Of a stretch of DNA of 64,000 bases, positions 48,954 to 60,563 are shown piece by piece (the first letter of the stretch is position 1; the number at the start of each line of letters is the position of its first letter). This DNA comes from Selaginella moellendorffii (Eukaryota; Plantae; Lycopodiophyta). Location: positions 654,184-718,183 of the forward strand of contig NW_003314272.1 in NCBI RefSeq assembly GCF_000143415.4, written 5' to 3'. The translations under genes and the position numbers were made by a program. The notes beneath the pieces are model-generated. The model saw only the letters and a program-made list of their open reading frames with translations. It was not told the origin of the DNA and searched no databases.

Positions 48954-50580
48954 TTTTGCTTTCCTGTAATATTATAGAAGGGACAACTATACGCAAGAAA
49001 GTTCTGTGCTTGATAACAGTCTATACTGGCATCCCTCAATAAATATGTTCTTAAATTGTTTGGGCTAAACATAATTAAAGCAAAAATTTCTATTCAAAGT
49101 TCATATAGTTCATTTTTATAAAAAAACTAAGTAAAATATGAATTTTAGAATTGAGCAAGGAGTGACTTCTAGCTATGAGAAAATGTGGTTACCTGAAGTA
49201 TCTGGCGGTCTAATTGGCAGGACATAAAAACTGGCCTTTGAGAACTTCCTTACAGAACGAATACAAGTTGTAAGCGAAGTCATTAGGACTTTGCAACAAG
49301 AGGACTAACAAAAACAATTGTCATGGTTCTTACTTGCTTGCCAAGAGTGCATCTTTCTCGCTGCTAATGACCACCGAAACGATTAGACTTCATATGTCTA
49401 GTCATGTCAAACTAGCAATTTGTTTTACTCTGCTCCACAGTCCTTGACGCCGCCATTTTTTCTTCACTAGCAACCACGAGAGCAGCTGCCATACAGCAAA
49501 ATCCATAAACAAAAAAACGATACGTTCTAAGCTTACAGCTTTACCATGAGCCGCTGCCACCACAGGAAGAGTGAGCGAAGTCAACAAAAAAGCGGCCTCT
49601 AGGTTCCATCAGCAACTTCCACTTGGGCTTGAGAAACGATTGAGAGAAGAGCAAGTGCCTGAAAAATCATGTCAGAACTGGTAGCAATGACAACCAAATG
49701 CTTTGCTCGAAGTGCCAATATAAACATCGATTTTCCTTCGACACCATAAGCTTGAGCCACCCCACCTCCATTTTCACCACAAAGTGCAGGTTAGTTTGAA
49801 CACTATGAGATGTTACAGAAAACTTACAACCAGAAGGAAGTTACACTAATGCCGCAGTTGAACCAGCTTGTCCAGGGGGCGAAATCTCCATCTACACCAG
49901 AGCCTTTGATTGATGGTAGAGATGAGATACCTGTCAGTAACCACGACCTTCCTCTCGACTTTGCACTTAAGACAAAAGAAAAGATTAAAACACGCAAGTC
50001 AAACTTACAGCATAAAATCTCATGTTATTCTGCTTTTGAGCCACCCGAAACATAATTTAACTCATCGGAAAAGATAGCTATCTTGATCTGCAAGAAGTCT
50101 GAAAGTTGTGGTCACAACAGCCATATGAGCTGCAAATTCTGTAGGACACAGTAAGCTACAGACGGAGAAAAGTAACAGGATTGTAGCATAGTGAAAAAGA
50201 AACATCGGCGCTGTTAGAGCCGATTCAAGTCTTCTATGATGAATTGTGCAACCACAAATGAGACTAGAGCCTCTTGGTCCCTTTCCAAATTGGATAGCAG
50301 CCTGGAAAGGAATAGAAAGAAATTGGCAAAGGTAAAGAATAGAATGGATGGTAGCACCTTGGATGCGGCGGAGCGAACACCGGATGCATGGATAATCGTT
50401 TCCAGAAAACTGGATGAGCAATCGCATTTTTTCTTTCTCTCACGCGCATGAATCGAAAGAGCTTGCGATCAAGTGCACGATCGCATGACGGCCACGCATC
50501 GTCTTCTTTCATGGATTTCATGGAGAACATTTGTTTTAGGGTTCCAAACGTGTCAAATCCCTCCAAAAAATGCTTTTGAA

Positions 50581-52235
50581 CTAACTGGGGCAAATAGCCG
50601 TGAGGAGGATGTGGACGAGCATTAGATCGACGAAGTAGCGGTGGCCGATGCCGCCATGCCAGGACGAGAGCGATGGCGGCCGCCCATAGTGCCCTCCATC
50701 GCTGCAGCAGTGATCGTAGTGCCAGGGAAAGGTCATGTCGTAGGCATCCACAAATCTTGCATGATCCATGGCGCGCCGGATCTTCTCCCCGAGTATCGCA
50801 TTGAAGGCTTCCATCTTGGCGGGGTTGGATTGCATTCCTCTCGACGCGCCTGCGGGCGTGACGGTGGAGCGGAAGATCACTCTCGTGCCTGTGCCGTTGA
50901 CGAGCTCCTTCCAGAAGGCCGTGGCGTAGTCGGCGGCGGCGGCGAATTCCGCCGCGCTGTTCCATCGAATCCCGTCGTGGAGGCCCGAGTTGAGGATGAC
51001 CGCGTCGGGAGACCCATCGCGGAAGAACTCGTCCTCCACAAACTCGCGATACTGCTGTTCGTAGAGTGATTCTAGACCGCGGTCGTCTCTCGATGGATCC
51101 GGGTGGCCATTGAAAACGCTCACGACTTCCATCTTCTGCGAAGAATTGGAAGGATTGGCGACAGTGGTGCTGAAAGTCCGTGGAAGCAGGCCTTGGTGAA
51201 ATCCCAGCACGAAGTTCATGAGGTTGCGAATGGTGTCCTGGTGGTTTGAGTCCCCCCAGAAGAAGATCTTCTTCCCGTCCAAGCACTGCCACGCCTCAGA
51301 CTGGTTCCAGAGATGGAACTCGCAGGTTCCAGTGGAGTAGACCCATCCATTGCTTTCCAGGCTTGCCAGAGTTCCTGTGCAGCGTGAGGACGTTGTCTCG
51401 CAGTACTTCTCGTCGCCGTCCAGGCAGAGGTATCGTCCATCGTGGTCTAGCTCGCAGGATTTCTCGTTTGAAGTCAGTGATCTCGTCCATTGCCCCCACC
51501 ACTTTGTTGGTGCTGACGATTTCAAGTCGTTGCTTGTGCAAACTGGGAGTGGCCTTGAGCGGTGATGCTCGCCGCTGGACGTGAAGTTGATCTGGAGAAC
51601 GAACTGTTCCTGACCGCGGAACCATCTCTCCGGGTGTGAATCCATTCCATGCAAATTTGCGAAGAGAAGGATGGCCTTGAAGCTGTAAATCCCGGCAAAA
51701 TCTCCATCAACCTTGAGCTCCACGAGGTATGAGCCGTCTCCAAAGTCCGTTGTTGGTGGTCGTGACTTCCACTTTGGACCTACTTGCAGATTTCTCAGGA
51801 ACGAAGAACGAAAAACAACAAGTTGTTATAAACGACAAGTTGCCTCGTACCTGAGAGATCTGTCTCATAGAAATCTCCTCCAAAGCACCTCTTGCTTCCA
51901 TCGGCGGCGAATGAAACGATCCAAAACCTGTGAACCTGATCCGTGGACAAGGTGATGATCCCGCTGCTCTCCTCCGGCCTGGGAACTCCAAACAGGTACC
52001 CGAATGCCGTGCTCACGTTGTGACAGCTCCTTGTCCCATTTTCAGACAAACGCAAGAGATCGAAGCCTGTTGAAGGACCGGATGGCTGGGAAAATTGGGG
52101 GGAATTGACTTCCTTTCCGCTCTGGAGGAGGAGAGAGCCCTTCCGGAACCTGGAGGGCACAAAATAGAGTAGGATCGTCGAGACGAGCAGAAGGATCACT
52201 AGAGCGCTGCCGGCTGGCCAAGCCCGAGCCGTCAT
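50581..52235 (-). CDS. Type II membrane SGNH / PC-esterase-like protein, 2 exons
   Basis: N-terminal TM helix, GGDFYETDLSG|PKWKSRPP, WGDSNH (GDS), NSGLHD, DGGHY (DxxH); intron ~51781-51850. Confidence 0.8.
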
Positions 52236-53857
52236 GCTGGGGCCTAATTGGGTGCCAACACTTTCAGGAGATGCGATCAAACAAGGCAATTTCGCCGTCA
52301 GAGCGGTTTAAGGATTTCTTACACATGACAAATGGCGCTCCTCCTGTTCCCGGACCGTTACTTACTTGCAGGGCTCCTTCAAAGAGTGGGCCAACTACAT
52401 TCCCAGCTCCGCAAAAACGAAGATATCCTAGAATATTTTTCAATGTAAAGGTTAATCTGCCACACTTTAAGCATATACGGTTTTGATAGGCGTTAGTTTG
52501 TTTCATTAATTATACTAAACTATACACCATTGTTGCCTATCCTCAATGTTGAACTCAATGTCCAAGTGACAGAACTTGGTTTCTACTTTGGCAAGATGTT
52601 CACTCACCCCACTTTTCACTACATTGTAAATGTCGTTGGATTGTGGGTTTAATGATCGATCATCACGCAAGAAGATGGATCTTAATTTGAGAAGAAAAGT
52701 GATTGAGATCATATATTACCTTAACTAAATGTAATAATACATAGGTAATACAGATAGCCATTGCGATTCAAAACACATAACGATTCCGTCACCTTGACGA
52801 AAATTAAAGTTATATACCACTGATCATAGCAGATCTTGACCACTATTGCTGCTGTCGCTCCTAGATCACGATCTACAGAACTCACCAGATCAGTGGCGAT
52901 GTCTGCGCCAATTTGGACAGCAAGCATCCTCTGGATCCACATCGTGGTCAAATACGTGGTAAGGCCAAATTAGTTTTTCATAATCAAAGTAAGTCAATAG
53001 TTTCTAACCTGTTAAAGGAGCAAATTATTTTCTTTAACCATGTTCTAAATGTTAAACCATACAACGCTGGTTTCCTTATTTACTTACTTTAAATTTTATT
53101 TATTTTTGTTACTATAATATAAGTACAGCGTGGATTTCATTGAGATATGGTAATAAAAATATATATATTTAATTTAAATAAGCAAACCAATTCGATCTAA
53201 GAAAATCCTCTTGCTGAAAATGGCATGTGTCAGAGACAAAAATCCTGCCAATGTTACATAGTTACCCATCAATCTATTAGAGAACTGGTCAAAAGAAAAA
53301 AGTTGAAAGAAGAGAGCTTGAAAAGGAAAACTCAGAGCATTTTTTATTACCTTGGACAAACCAAGTGCTCTTGATCAAACTTCCAACTTCTACTGGCACG
53401 ATGCCACGACTAGAGGCTTCAGGAAGGTTGATATAGAATTTGCTCTTGAATCTAGTTATATAAAATCTAACGGGAGGTTTGGTGTGGTCGGATATACCTT
53501 ATCAAATGATAGCATCGCGCAAGATCCAATTCTGTGGCCTGTCCCAAGCCCCAAAATACTTAGCTTAATATACGTGCCAACTTGTCGTCCCAATCACTGT
53601 GTCAGAATCTTGACTAAGCCCTAAATCATTTTAGGGCTCTTGAAAGTGGAAACGAATATTCTCTTTCTTTTCTTTCTTTCTTTCTTCTGTTATTTGGACC
53701 AGGGGGGATGTATGTATCTAGGGCTCCACGCTTCGAGGCCAAGGCGATTCTCTACCCTGTAAGTTTTCGATCGCTTCCTAGGCATTCATCCATGGCGGCG
53801 GCGCAATCGAGTTGGTGCTGTTGTTGATTCCTTGCCACACCTTGATTTTTGGGGCCG

Positions 53858-55862
53858 ATGAGTGATGAGGATTCCAAGCCAGCTTTGCAGCAAGAATTCT
53901 CCGGCGAGAATGGAAGAATCCACGCTCCCGTAGCTGCGAAGAACCGCGGGGATTGCAGCGTGTTCCAGAGCTGGCAGCAGCATGGATTGGGGGGTAAAAG
54001 GCAGCACACTGTCCTCGAGGGTTCACTGGTAGCAAGAGCAAAGAGAAGCAAGGAGGAGCTTGTGCCTTCCAACCAGATCACCGCTACCGCTTTCAAGCCA
54101 CTGGCAAGATCTTTAGCTCGTCATCCCCGGGGTCTCCAGCCAGGTTTGATGCAGCTCCCGGAGACACCATGCCCGGAGCATTCGGTAAGCTCCGTCCAGA
54201 GCTCCCACCACGGTTGCGAAGAAGATGGTGCCAAGGCGGCGCGCAAGAGCACGAGAGAGTGGGGGAACCAGCCACTCTCGGTGCTGGATCCCAAGCTCTG
54301 GGACTTGATGGAGCACGAAAAGTCCAGGCAGTGGAAGGGGATCGAGCTGATAGCGTCCGAGAACTACACGTCCCAGGCGGTGCTGGAAGCTCTTGGAAGC
54401 CATCTCACGAACAAGTATAGCGAAGGCTATCCGGGAGCTCGCTGCTATGGTGGCAACGAGTATATCGACCAGATCGAGGCGCTGTGCTGCAACCGAGCTC
54501 TGGAAGCTTTCCACCTCAACTCCAAGAGCTGGGGAGTGAACGTCCAGCCTTACTCGTGCACGTCCGCCAACTTTGCGGTGTTCACGGCGCTCTTGCAACC
54601 CAAGGACCGGATCATGGGACTGGACGTTCTCTCCGGTGGCCACCCAAGCCATGGCTACACCATCGCCGGGAGGAAGAAGGTTTCGGCGACTTCCATCCAT
54701 TTCGAGACGCTGGCTTACAGTGTCGACCCCCAGACGGGGCTCATCGACTACGAGAATCTGGAGAGACTGGTGAGCGCTTACAGACCGGCAATTCTCGTGT
54801 GTGGAGGGAGTGCCTATCCCCGGGAGTGGAAGTACGAGAATTTTCGCCATCTCGCGGACAAGTATGGTGCTATTCTTATGTGTGACATGGCTCATGTCAG
54901 TGGACTTGTTGCTGCTCAGGTACACTACTTCTCTTTCTCTCACTCACTTTTATATCTTTTCTTTCTTCCTTGTATCTTACGATAGCTGCTTTTTTTGCAG
55001 GAGTGTGTAAGTCCCTTTGAGTACTGCGATATAGTGACTTCCACAACACACAAGATTCTAAGAGGCCCGCGAGGAGGAATGGTGTTTTTCAGGAAAGGAG
55101 CGAGGCCTCGCAAGAATGGCAGCACTGCCGAGGAGAGCTCGTATGACTACGAGGAAAAGATCAACTTTACGATTTTTCGGTCCCTGCAAGGGGGACCTCA
55201 CAACAACCATATCGCAGGCCTGGCTGTCGCGTTGAAGCAGGTTGCTAGCAAAGAGTACAAGGACTACATACGACAAGTGCTCCAGAATACCAAGGCTTTA
55301 GCTGATGCTATGGTCAGGCGTAATTTCAAGCTTGTTACTGGCGGGACGGATAATCATTTGTTGATTTGGGATTTACGGCCTCTCGGCATCACGGGTAAGT
55401 AACGACGTTCAGAGCAGTTCTTGTAACTGACTCTCCCGTTTTCTTCGTTTCTTTTCCAGGCGCATGGTTTGAGAAAGTCACGGAGTTATGTCACATTACC
55501 GTGAACAAGTGTACTGTTTATGGCGACAGCTCCGTAAGAGGTCCTGGAGGAATTCGCATTGGTATGAGTTGTATGGCTCTCGAGCATAACGTAATGTATC
55601 TTTTTTCCCAGGTTCCCCAGCCATGACCTCGAGAGGATGCGTTGAAAAAGACTTTGAGACCATCGCCGAGCTTCTCAGCAACGCTGTGACTATTGCGCAG
55701 AGTTTGCAGAGAGACTGCAAGTCGCAGAAGGATCCCAAGCTGGCGAGCAGCAGCGTAGTTCAAAGCAACAAAGATGTGGTGGAGCTCAAGCGAAAGGTGG
55801 AACAGTTTTCGTCCGCGTTTGAGATGCCTGGCTTCGACACGGGAAGCATGAAATACAGGTGA
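53858..55862 (+). CDS. SHM: Serine hydroxymethyltransferase with long N-extension (SHM6/7-like), 4 exons
   Basis: [62 protein letters not shown]. Confidence 0.95.
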
Positions 55863-56060
55863 ATCAAAGGGGACGCTGTAGATACTGGGAGGAAACATCA
55901 TCACAATGATCACATTTCGACACACCGTTATTCAATCTCTCGTTTTTTGTAGAGCGGTCGATGCTTCTTCAGTGACACATCACAAAACGAATCAGTTAAG
56001 TTGGTTGTATGGTTTTCCTTTCTTGTTTTCTCCTACCAGAGCAAAGCAATCTAGCGCAGG

Positions 56061-57338
56061 ATGCTGGAAGATGGAAAGTTTTACAGGCCAGCACGGAGGA
56101 GGCTCCAGCCCGACTTGGTGCACAGGAACATCACCCAGCGAGAGCCTTTCATGTACGGGACGCTCCTCTCCGACTGCCTGCCTCGCAAGAGGCCCACAGT
56201 CTTCAGGGAGAGGCCCCTCCAGGAATGGCTCGTCTCGACTCTGGTGCACAGGAAGAGGCCACCGCTGCCGCGGGAGAGGCCGATCTCCAGGTCCATGGTA
56301 GCCGACTTCCTCCACAAGCGGCGAGAGCGCGAGAGACGGCCGCAAGAAGTCCACCACCACCCGGAGAAGGTATTTGGATCCAAAGGCTCGAGCTTGAGCA
56401 GGCGGTGCAAGTCGGCTCCTGGCCACCGCCGGAGGGAGCAAGCTCTGCTCGCCAGGCCGTCGGTCTCCGCCAGTGGAAGCCGAGAGGAGTTCTCGATGAT
56501 CCGAGCTCTCATCGACGAGGTGCTGCCCAAGGAGAGAGACAAGCCGACGAAGACGAGCACCACCACGGCGACGACGACTCCATCGCCCAAGCAGCAAAGG
56601 TGGCGGAACTACTCCGCGGTGGCCAAGCTCATGAAGAGCAACCTGGACGTTAAGGCAGTGAAAGCAGCAGCCAGGGACGAGAAAGATGGTGAGGTGGTGG
56701 CGTCACCTCCGCGGCCATGGCCCGTCCGACCGGCCAGCGCTCCCTTCAAGCTGTCCCCGCAGAACATGAGCCCGGACGTCCTCGCGGAGACGCTGGCGAC
56801 GAAGAAGAAGAACTTCCTGCGCAAGAGACCCGCCACCGCGCCGCCGCCCCGGCCGATGTTCCACTTGCCACTGTCGAGGATCCACCACCATAACCCGCCA
56901 AAGGCTCCTCCGGCCAAGCCAGCCGAGTGTGCCGCCAGCCGGAAGCCCAGCGTTGGATCCTCGAGCTCCGACGCTGCCAAGGACGTGCCGCGCTCCTGGT
57001 CCGCGAGCTCGTCGTCCGAGTCGCACGTAGCCGCGGCCACCACCACCGCCACCACGTCGCAGAGCTCCGCGGAGAATGAGAAGAGTGGACGTAGAGTCCG
57101 GTTGCGGTCCCCCCGGCATTTGAGGAACAAGGCCTTCGAGAGTGGTGAGGATGATTCTTCGTCGGCTTCTCCTTCGAGTTCTTCGAGCTCTTCTTCGACG
57201 ACGTCGTCTTCGTCGCTCTCTTCCGAGAGTGGTTCCGAGAGCTCCGAGGAGTCGTCGCTGTCGTCCTTCATTGAGCTGCCGACGCCGTCGACGCTGGATC
57301 CCGACTCCATCGACGAGTGGCTGAGGAAAAGGTCATAG
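56061..57338 (+). CDS. Hypothetical intronless Arg/Pro/Ser-rich protein (425 aa)
   Basis: Long ATG-started ORF with GC-rich coding-like composition; no recognised domain. Confidence 0.6.
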   Translation: MLEDGKFYRPARRRLQPDLVHRNITQREPFMYGTLLSDCLPRKRPTVFRERPLQEWLVSTLVHRKRPPLPRERPISRSMVADFLHKRRERERRPQEVHHHPEKVFGSKGSSLSRRCKSAPGHRRREQALLARPSVSASGSREEFSMIRALIDEVLPKERDKPTKTSTTTATTTPSPKQQRWRNYSAVAKLMKSNLDVKAVKAAARDEKDGEVVASPPRPWPVRPASAPFKLSPQNMSPDVLAETLATKKKNFLRKRPATAPPPRPMFHLPLSRIHHHNPPKAPPAKPAECAASRKPSVGSSSSDAAKDVPRSWSASSSSESHVAAATTTATTSQSSAENEKSGRRVRLRSPRHLRNKAFESGEDDSSSASPSSSSSSSSTTSSSSLSSESGSESSEESSLSSFIELPTPSTLDPDSIDEWLRKRS

Positions 57339-57823
57339 AAAACTTCCAGAAAAGTTGGCTCCGAAAGTGAGAACCCGGGTAGCAAAGAACAAAGTAAAAT
57401 TGACGCTCATGTTGTCATTGGAGTTTTCAGTTTGTTTTGCTTGACACAAAACCAGCGAAATCACAAACGAGTTTTTCTTTTGTGTCTTATAGAAGGAGAG
57501 TTTCCATGGGAAACAAAGGAGAGTAGAGCAGCCATAAAAGCAAACGACCGAAAGCTTTGATCTTCATGCAATGCAAGGAGTTATTATTTTACAGTGGTGG
57601 AACTTCTCTCTCTTTTCTCTTCTTCCTCTCTTCCAATTTCTCAAAATGCAGGCAGCGATCGATCGAGGAGACCCAAAACGCATCGAGGAGACCCAAAACG
57701 CGACGAGGGCCGAGAAAACAAAAAAAAAAAACCTTCTCTCCTTTCCCATCTCCATAGAAGATTTTGCTGAGCAAGAAATCTCCCTTGTCCCCCTCTCGCA
57801 TCGCCCGTCCACCTCTAGAACCT

Positions 57824-58171
57824 CTACACGAAATCTACACCGCCCTCGACGAGCTTGCTCGAAAAGGCCCTGAGCATCCGCTGCTTGTTAGCCTCCTCCA
57901 CCTTTCTCATCTCCTCCTCCATCTGGAAAACCACCTCTTTCACCTCCTTGAGCTTGAGCCTGGACGCTAGAAGCTCGCCCACCCTGGCGGCCCGGGCCAC
58001 GGACTCGAGCTGGGCCATCTCTTCCCGCAGCTGGGCCTCTCTCGAGTCGCACATTGCCACCGTGCGCGTGGTGATGCGGTGGATCACATGAGCGGTCATG
58101 TGCCGGCTGAAGAGCTGCACCTTGAGCACATACGGCTTGAGAAACTTTGCCAGATTCGGGGGCGATGTCAT
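57824..58171 (-). CDS. Organellar ribosomal protein uL18-like
   Basis: FLKPYVLKVQLFSRHMTAHVIH..TVA..S.E..LR...AARVGELLASRL. Confidence 0.8.
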   Translation of the reverse strand: MTSPPNLAKFLKPYVLKVQLFSRHMTAHVIHRITTRTVAMCDSREAQLREEMAQLESVARAARVGELLASRLKLKEVKEVVFQMEEEMRKVEEANKQRMLRAFSSKLVEGGVDFV

Positions 58172-58345
58172 GCCTCCAAGAACCCTATAGAGAAAACTTG
58201 GGTTTATCAACCAAAGGCCCCTTCTTCTTCTTCGATTTGCCTTCGTCTCAAGAGGTCCTGCGTTTCGTTGTAAAAGAAGAGACATACCTCTCGGTTCCAG
58301 TCGTAGATGTTTTAACTGCGAAGTTCTCTGCATTCCAAGGGAAGG

Positions 58346-58803
58346 CTGTCAAAGTTGTAACAAAGCAGACGCTACTTTACCTCGAAAGGATTCATTCACG
58401 TTGTTAGACCAGTGTTCCTCCACGCAATTCTTTTTTACGTGGAGCAGCAACATAGAACGCAACCGTCTGCGCAATCCAAGGTATGTATGAGAGACAAAAC
58501 TAGATAGCCAGCTATACTTACCGGAAGCCAGGTCTGGTACACGAGAACTCCCCATCCTCTGCGTTCCAAGAGAAGATTGTCAAAGCTGTAACGTGCTCCT
58601 TAACGAAAGCAAACGCTACATTACCTCGAAATCGTGATCAGTGTTCCTGCATGGGCTAGAAATGCTTGGACGAACTTCCTTTTTACGTGGAGCAGCAACC
58701 ATAGTCTGCGCAATGCAAGGTATGTATGAGAGACGCAAAAGAAAAAGCTAGTTAACCAGCTAGACTTACCGGAAGCCAGGTCTGGTGGCACACGCAAACT
58801 CCC
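58346..58803. repeat. Diverged tandem duplication (~58346-58553 and ~58577-58803) of an exon/intron unit
   Basis: Shared blocks ttttacgtggagcagcaac, gtctgcgcaat.caaggtatgtatgagagac and acttaccggaagccaggtctggt. Confidence 0.85.
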
Positions 58804-58820
58804 GATGCTTCAAGGGAGCT

Positions 58821-60119
58821 CTATTTCGGCTGATCCCTGAAGAAGCTATCGTCTTTCTTCCCGTTTATAGCCCGAGACAAGTAGGCCTGGAGCTGGAGCC
58901 TCTCCCTTTCGGACACCTCCAGCCGCTGCCTCAAAGCTGCCTGCTGAGCGACCAGAGCTTGCACTTGGTCCTGCAACACACTCTTTTCCTGCTGGACGAG
59001 ATTAAGCTGCACCTCCCATTGCACCTGTTGCTGGTGCTCGGCTTCGCAGCGACGCTTGATCTCATCTAGCTCCGATTCCAGCTGAGTAACTCTCTTCTCA
59101 GCCTGCTGCTCAGTCCCACGGTTTTGTTGCTCGGAGCCATTACTTCTAATCCAGTCAGTCACTTTCTCTAGCAGGTTTAGAGCATACTCGGGCCCTTCAC
59201 GAGCATTACTCTTTTGCTTCTTAGCGGCACCTTTTGCTTCGTGCTGTTTCCTCGGCCGTTTCTCTCCACCATTTACTCCAGAGTGCTGCTGCTGGACGGT
59301 GCTTCCATCCCCCTCACGACCAGAGGTAGCTAGCTCCAATCCCATCGCTTGATCCTTTGGGCGTTGGACTTTCAGAGCATGGACGACGGGAGGCGACTCC
59401 ATTCCCAATCCGGTATCTACGAGCAACTCGTCGTCCCTCGCCATTCCCAGCTGATAGTGTATGATCTGAGTGAGATACTGTGTGTACTCGAACGCGCTCT
59501 GGGACGTTCCCCGGACTTTCTCACACTGAGCTTGGATCCTGTGACTCATATACCCGGCCCAGTCTAGCACGGCCTTGGTCTCCCAGACATACTTGGCCGC
59601 GTACAAAATCTCCGCACTCACGTACGTGCAGTTCACCTTGCAGCTCATCCTGTCCACCATGAAGCTCACAAACTCCTTGAAGTGGGGATCGGACAGCGCC
59701 TTGACGCTAAAGCCGTTGTGCTTCACCTTGACGGTTGGCCCGTTGTACATGCTGTAGAGCTCTTCAGAGGTGAGCTTGGGAACCTCCTTGACTGCCTTCC
59801 CGCCATGAGGGAGCTTGAGAACCACCTGGACGATCTTCGGGCCCGTCTGGACAACTTCCTGCCTCACATACCCTGATCCATGCTTCTTGTAGCTGCATAG
59901 AAACTCTCGGCACAGCGCCTCGTCCCCCCGGACAAACTTGGACTGGAAGAAGCAGGAAAGACCCATCTGCGAGAGGTCGGAGAGGAACGGTTCCTGCGTC
60001 AGTGACTTCCACAGCAGTGGCTTTAGCGTCTTGAACTGAACCTTCTCCAGGCGCTGCGACAACGCATTTCCATAGCCTTCTTCCGACTCCCCTGGTTCCC
60101 CTTGAATCAACTTCACCAT
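58821..60119 (-). CDS. Intact intronless ORF resembling a plant retrotransposon accessory protein (putative plant transposon protein domain) plus a C-terminal coiled coil
   Basis: LCREFLCSY..VRQEVV..VLKLPHGG, YVSAEILY..LDWAGYM..YLTQII pattern. No LTR or pol nearby. Confidence 0.6.
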   Translation of the reverse strand: MVKLIQGEPGESEEGYGNALSQRLEKVQFKTLKPLLWKSLTQEPFLSDLSQMGLSCFFQSKFVRGDEALCREFLCSYKKHGSGYVRQEVVQTGPKIVQVVLKLPHGGKAVKEVPKLTSEELYSMYNGPTVKVKHNGFSVKALSDPHFKEFVSFMVDRMSCKVNCTYVSAEILYAAKYVWETKAVLDWAGYMSHRIQAQCEKVRGTSQSAFEYTQYLTQIIHYQLGMARDDELLVDTGLGMESPPVVHALKVQRPKDQAMGLELATSGREGDGSTVQQQHSGVNGGEKRPRKQHEAKGAAKKQKSNAREGPEYALNLLEKVTDWIRSNGSEQQNRGTEQQAEKRVTQLESELDEIKRRCEAEHQQQVQWEVQLNLVQQEKSVLQDQVQALVAQQAALRQRLEVSERERLQLQAYLSRAINGKKDDSFFRDQPK

Positions 60120-60563
60120 TTTTTCTCTTTTTTTTTTTTCCTTTGTTTTTTCCCTTTTCTATGGCTGCTTAATGTGGGTGCCTAAAAGTAGAACTCCCTT
60201 GCCGATCGGACACGGCCATACCCAGATTCCAGAGCACCCTACCAAACCCCAAACTCACCGAGTAGAAAAAATACCTGTTTTTCGATGCCGCCGGCTGACT
60301 TTCTTGCTCTTTGTGCCACAGACCCCAAGCATAAACACTGACAAATATGATTCGTGCTCCACCAGCACGTAGCAAAATTATGCATACTCCCACTCGGAGG
60401 GCTTCTATAGCAGCCCTATAGTATAGATGTTGATCTTTCGTAGCCTGGAAGCACCAAAGACGTTAAAACCAAGCAAGCTACAGCATCGATATTTTAAGCA
60501 AGAGCGGAACTTTCAACTCACACTGTCACCTATGTCTGTTCAGCGCTGCGTTAGCTAACACAA

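Noticed and set aside
49130-50250. Chain of minus-strand splice-like signals and small exons
   Set aside because: Could not assemble a convincing reading frame or recognise a family.
52400-53630. Short ORFs in an AT-rich intergenic region
   Set aside because: No motifs or coherent gene structure.
58514-58530. ATACTTACC resembling the U1 snRNA 5' end
   Set aside because: The following sequence is not U1; it is the reverse complement of a splice donor.
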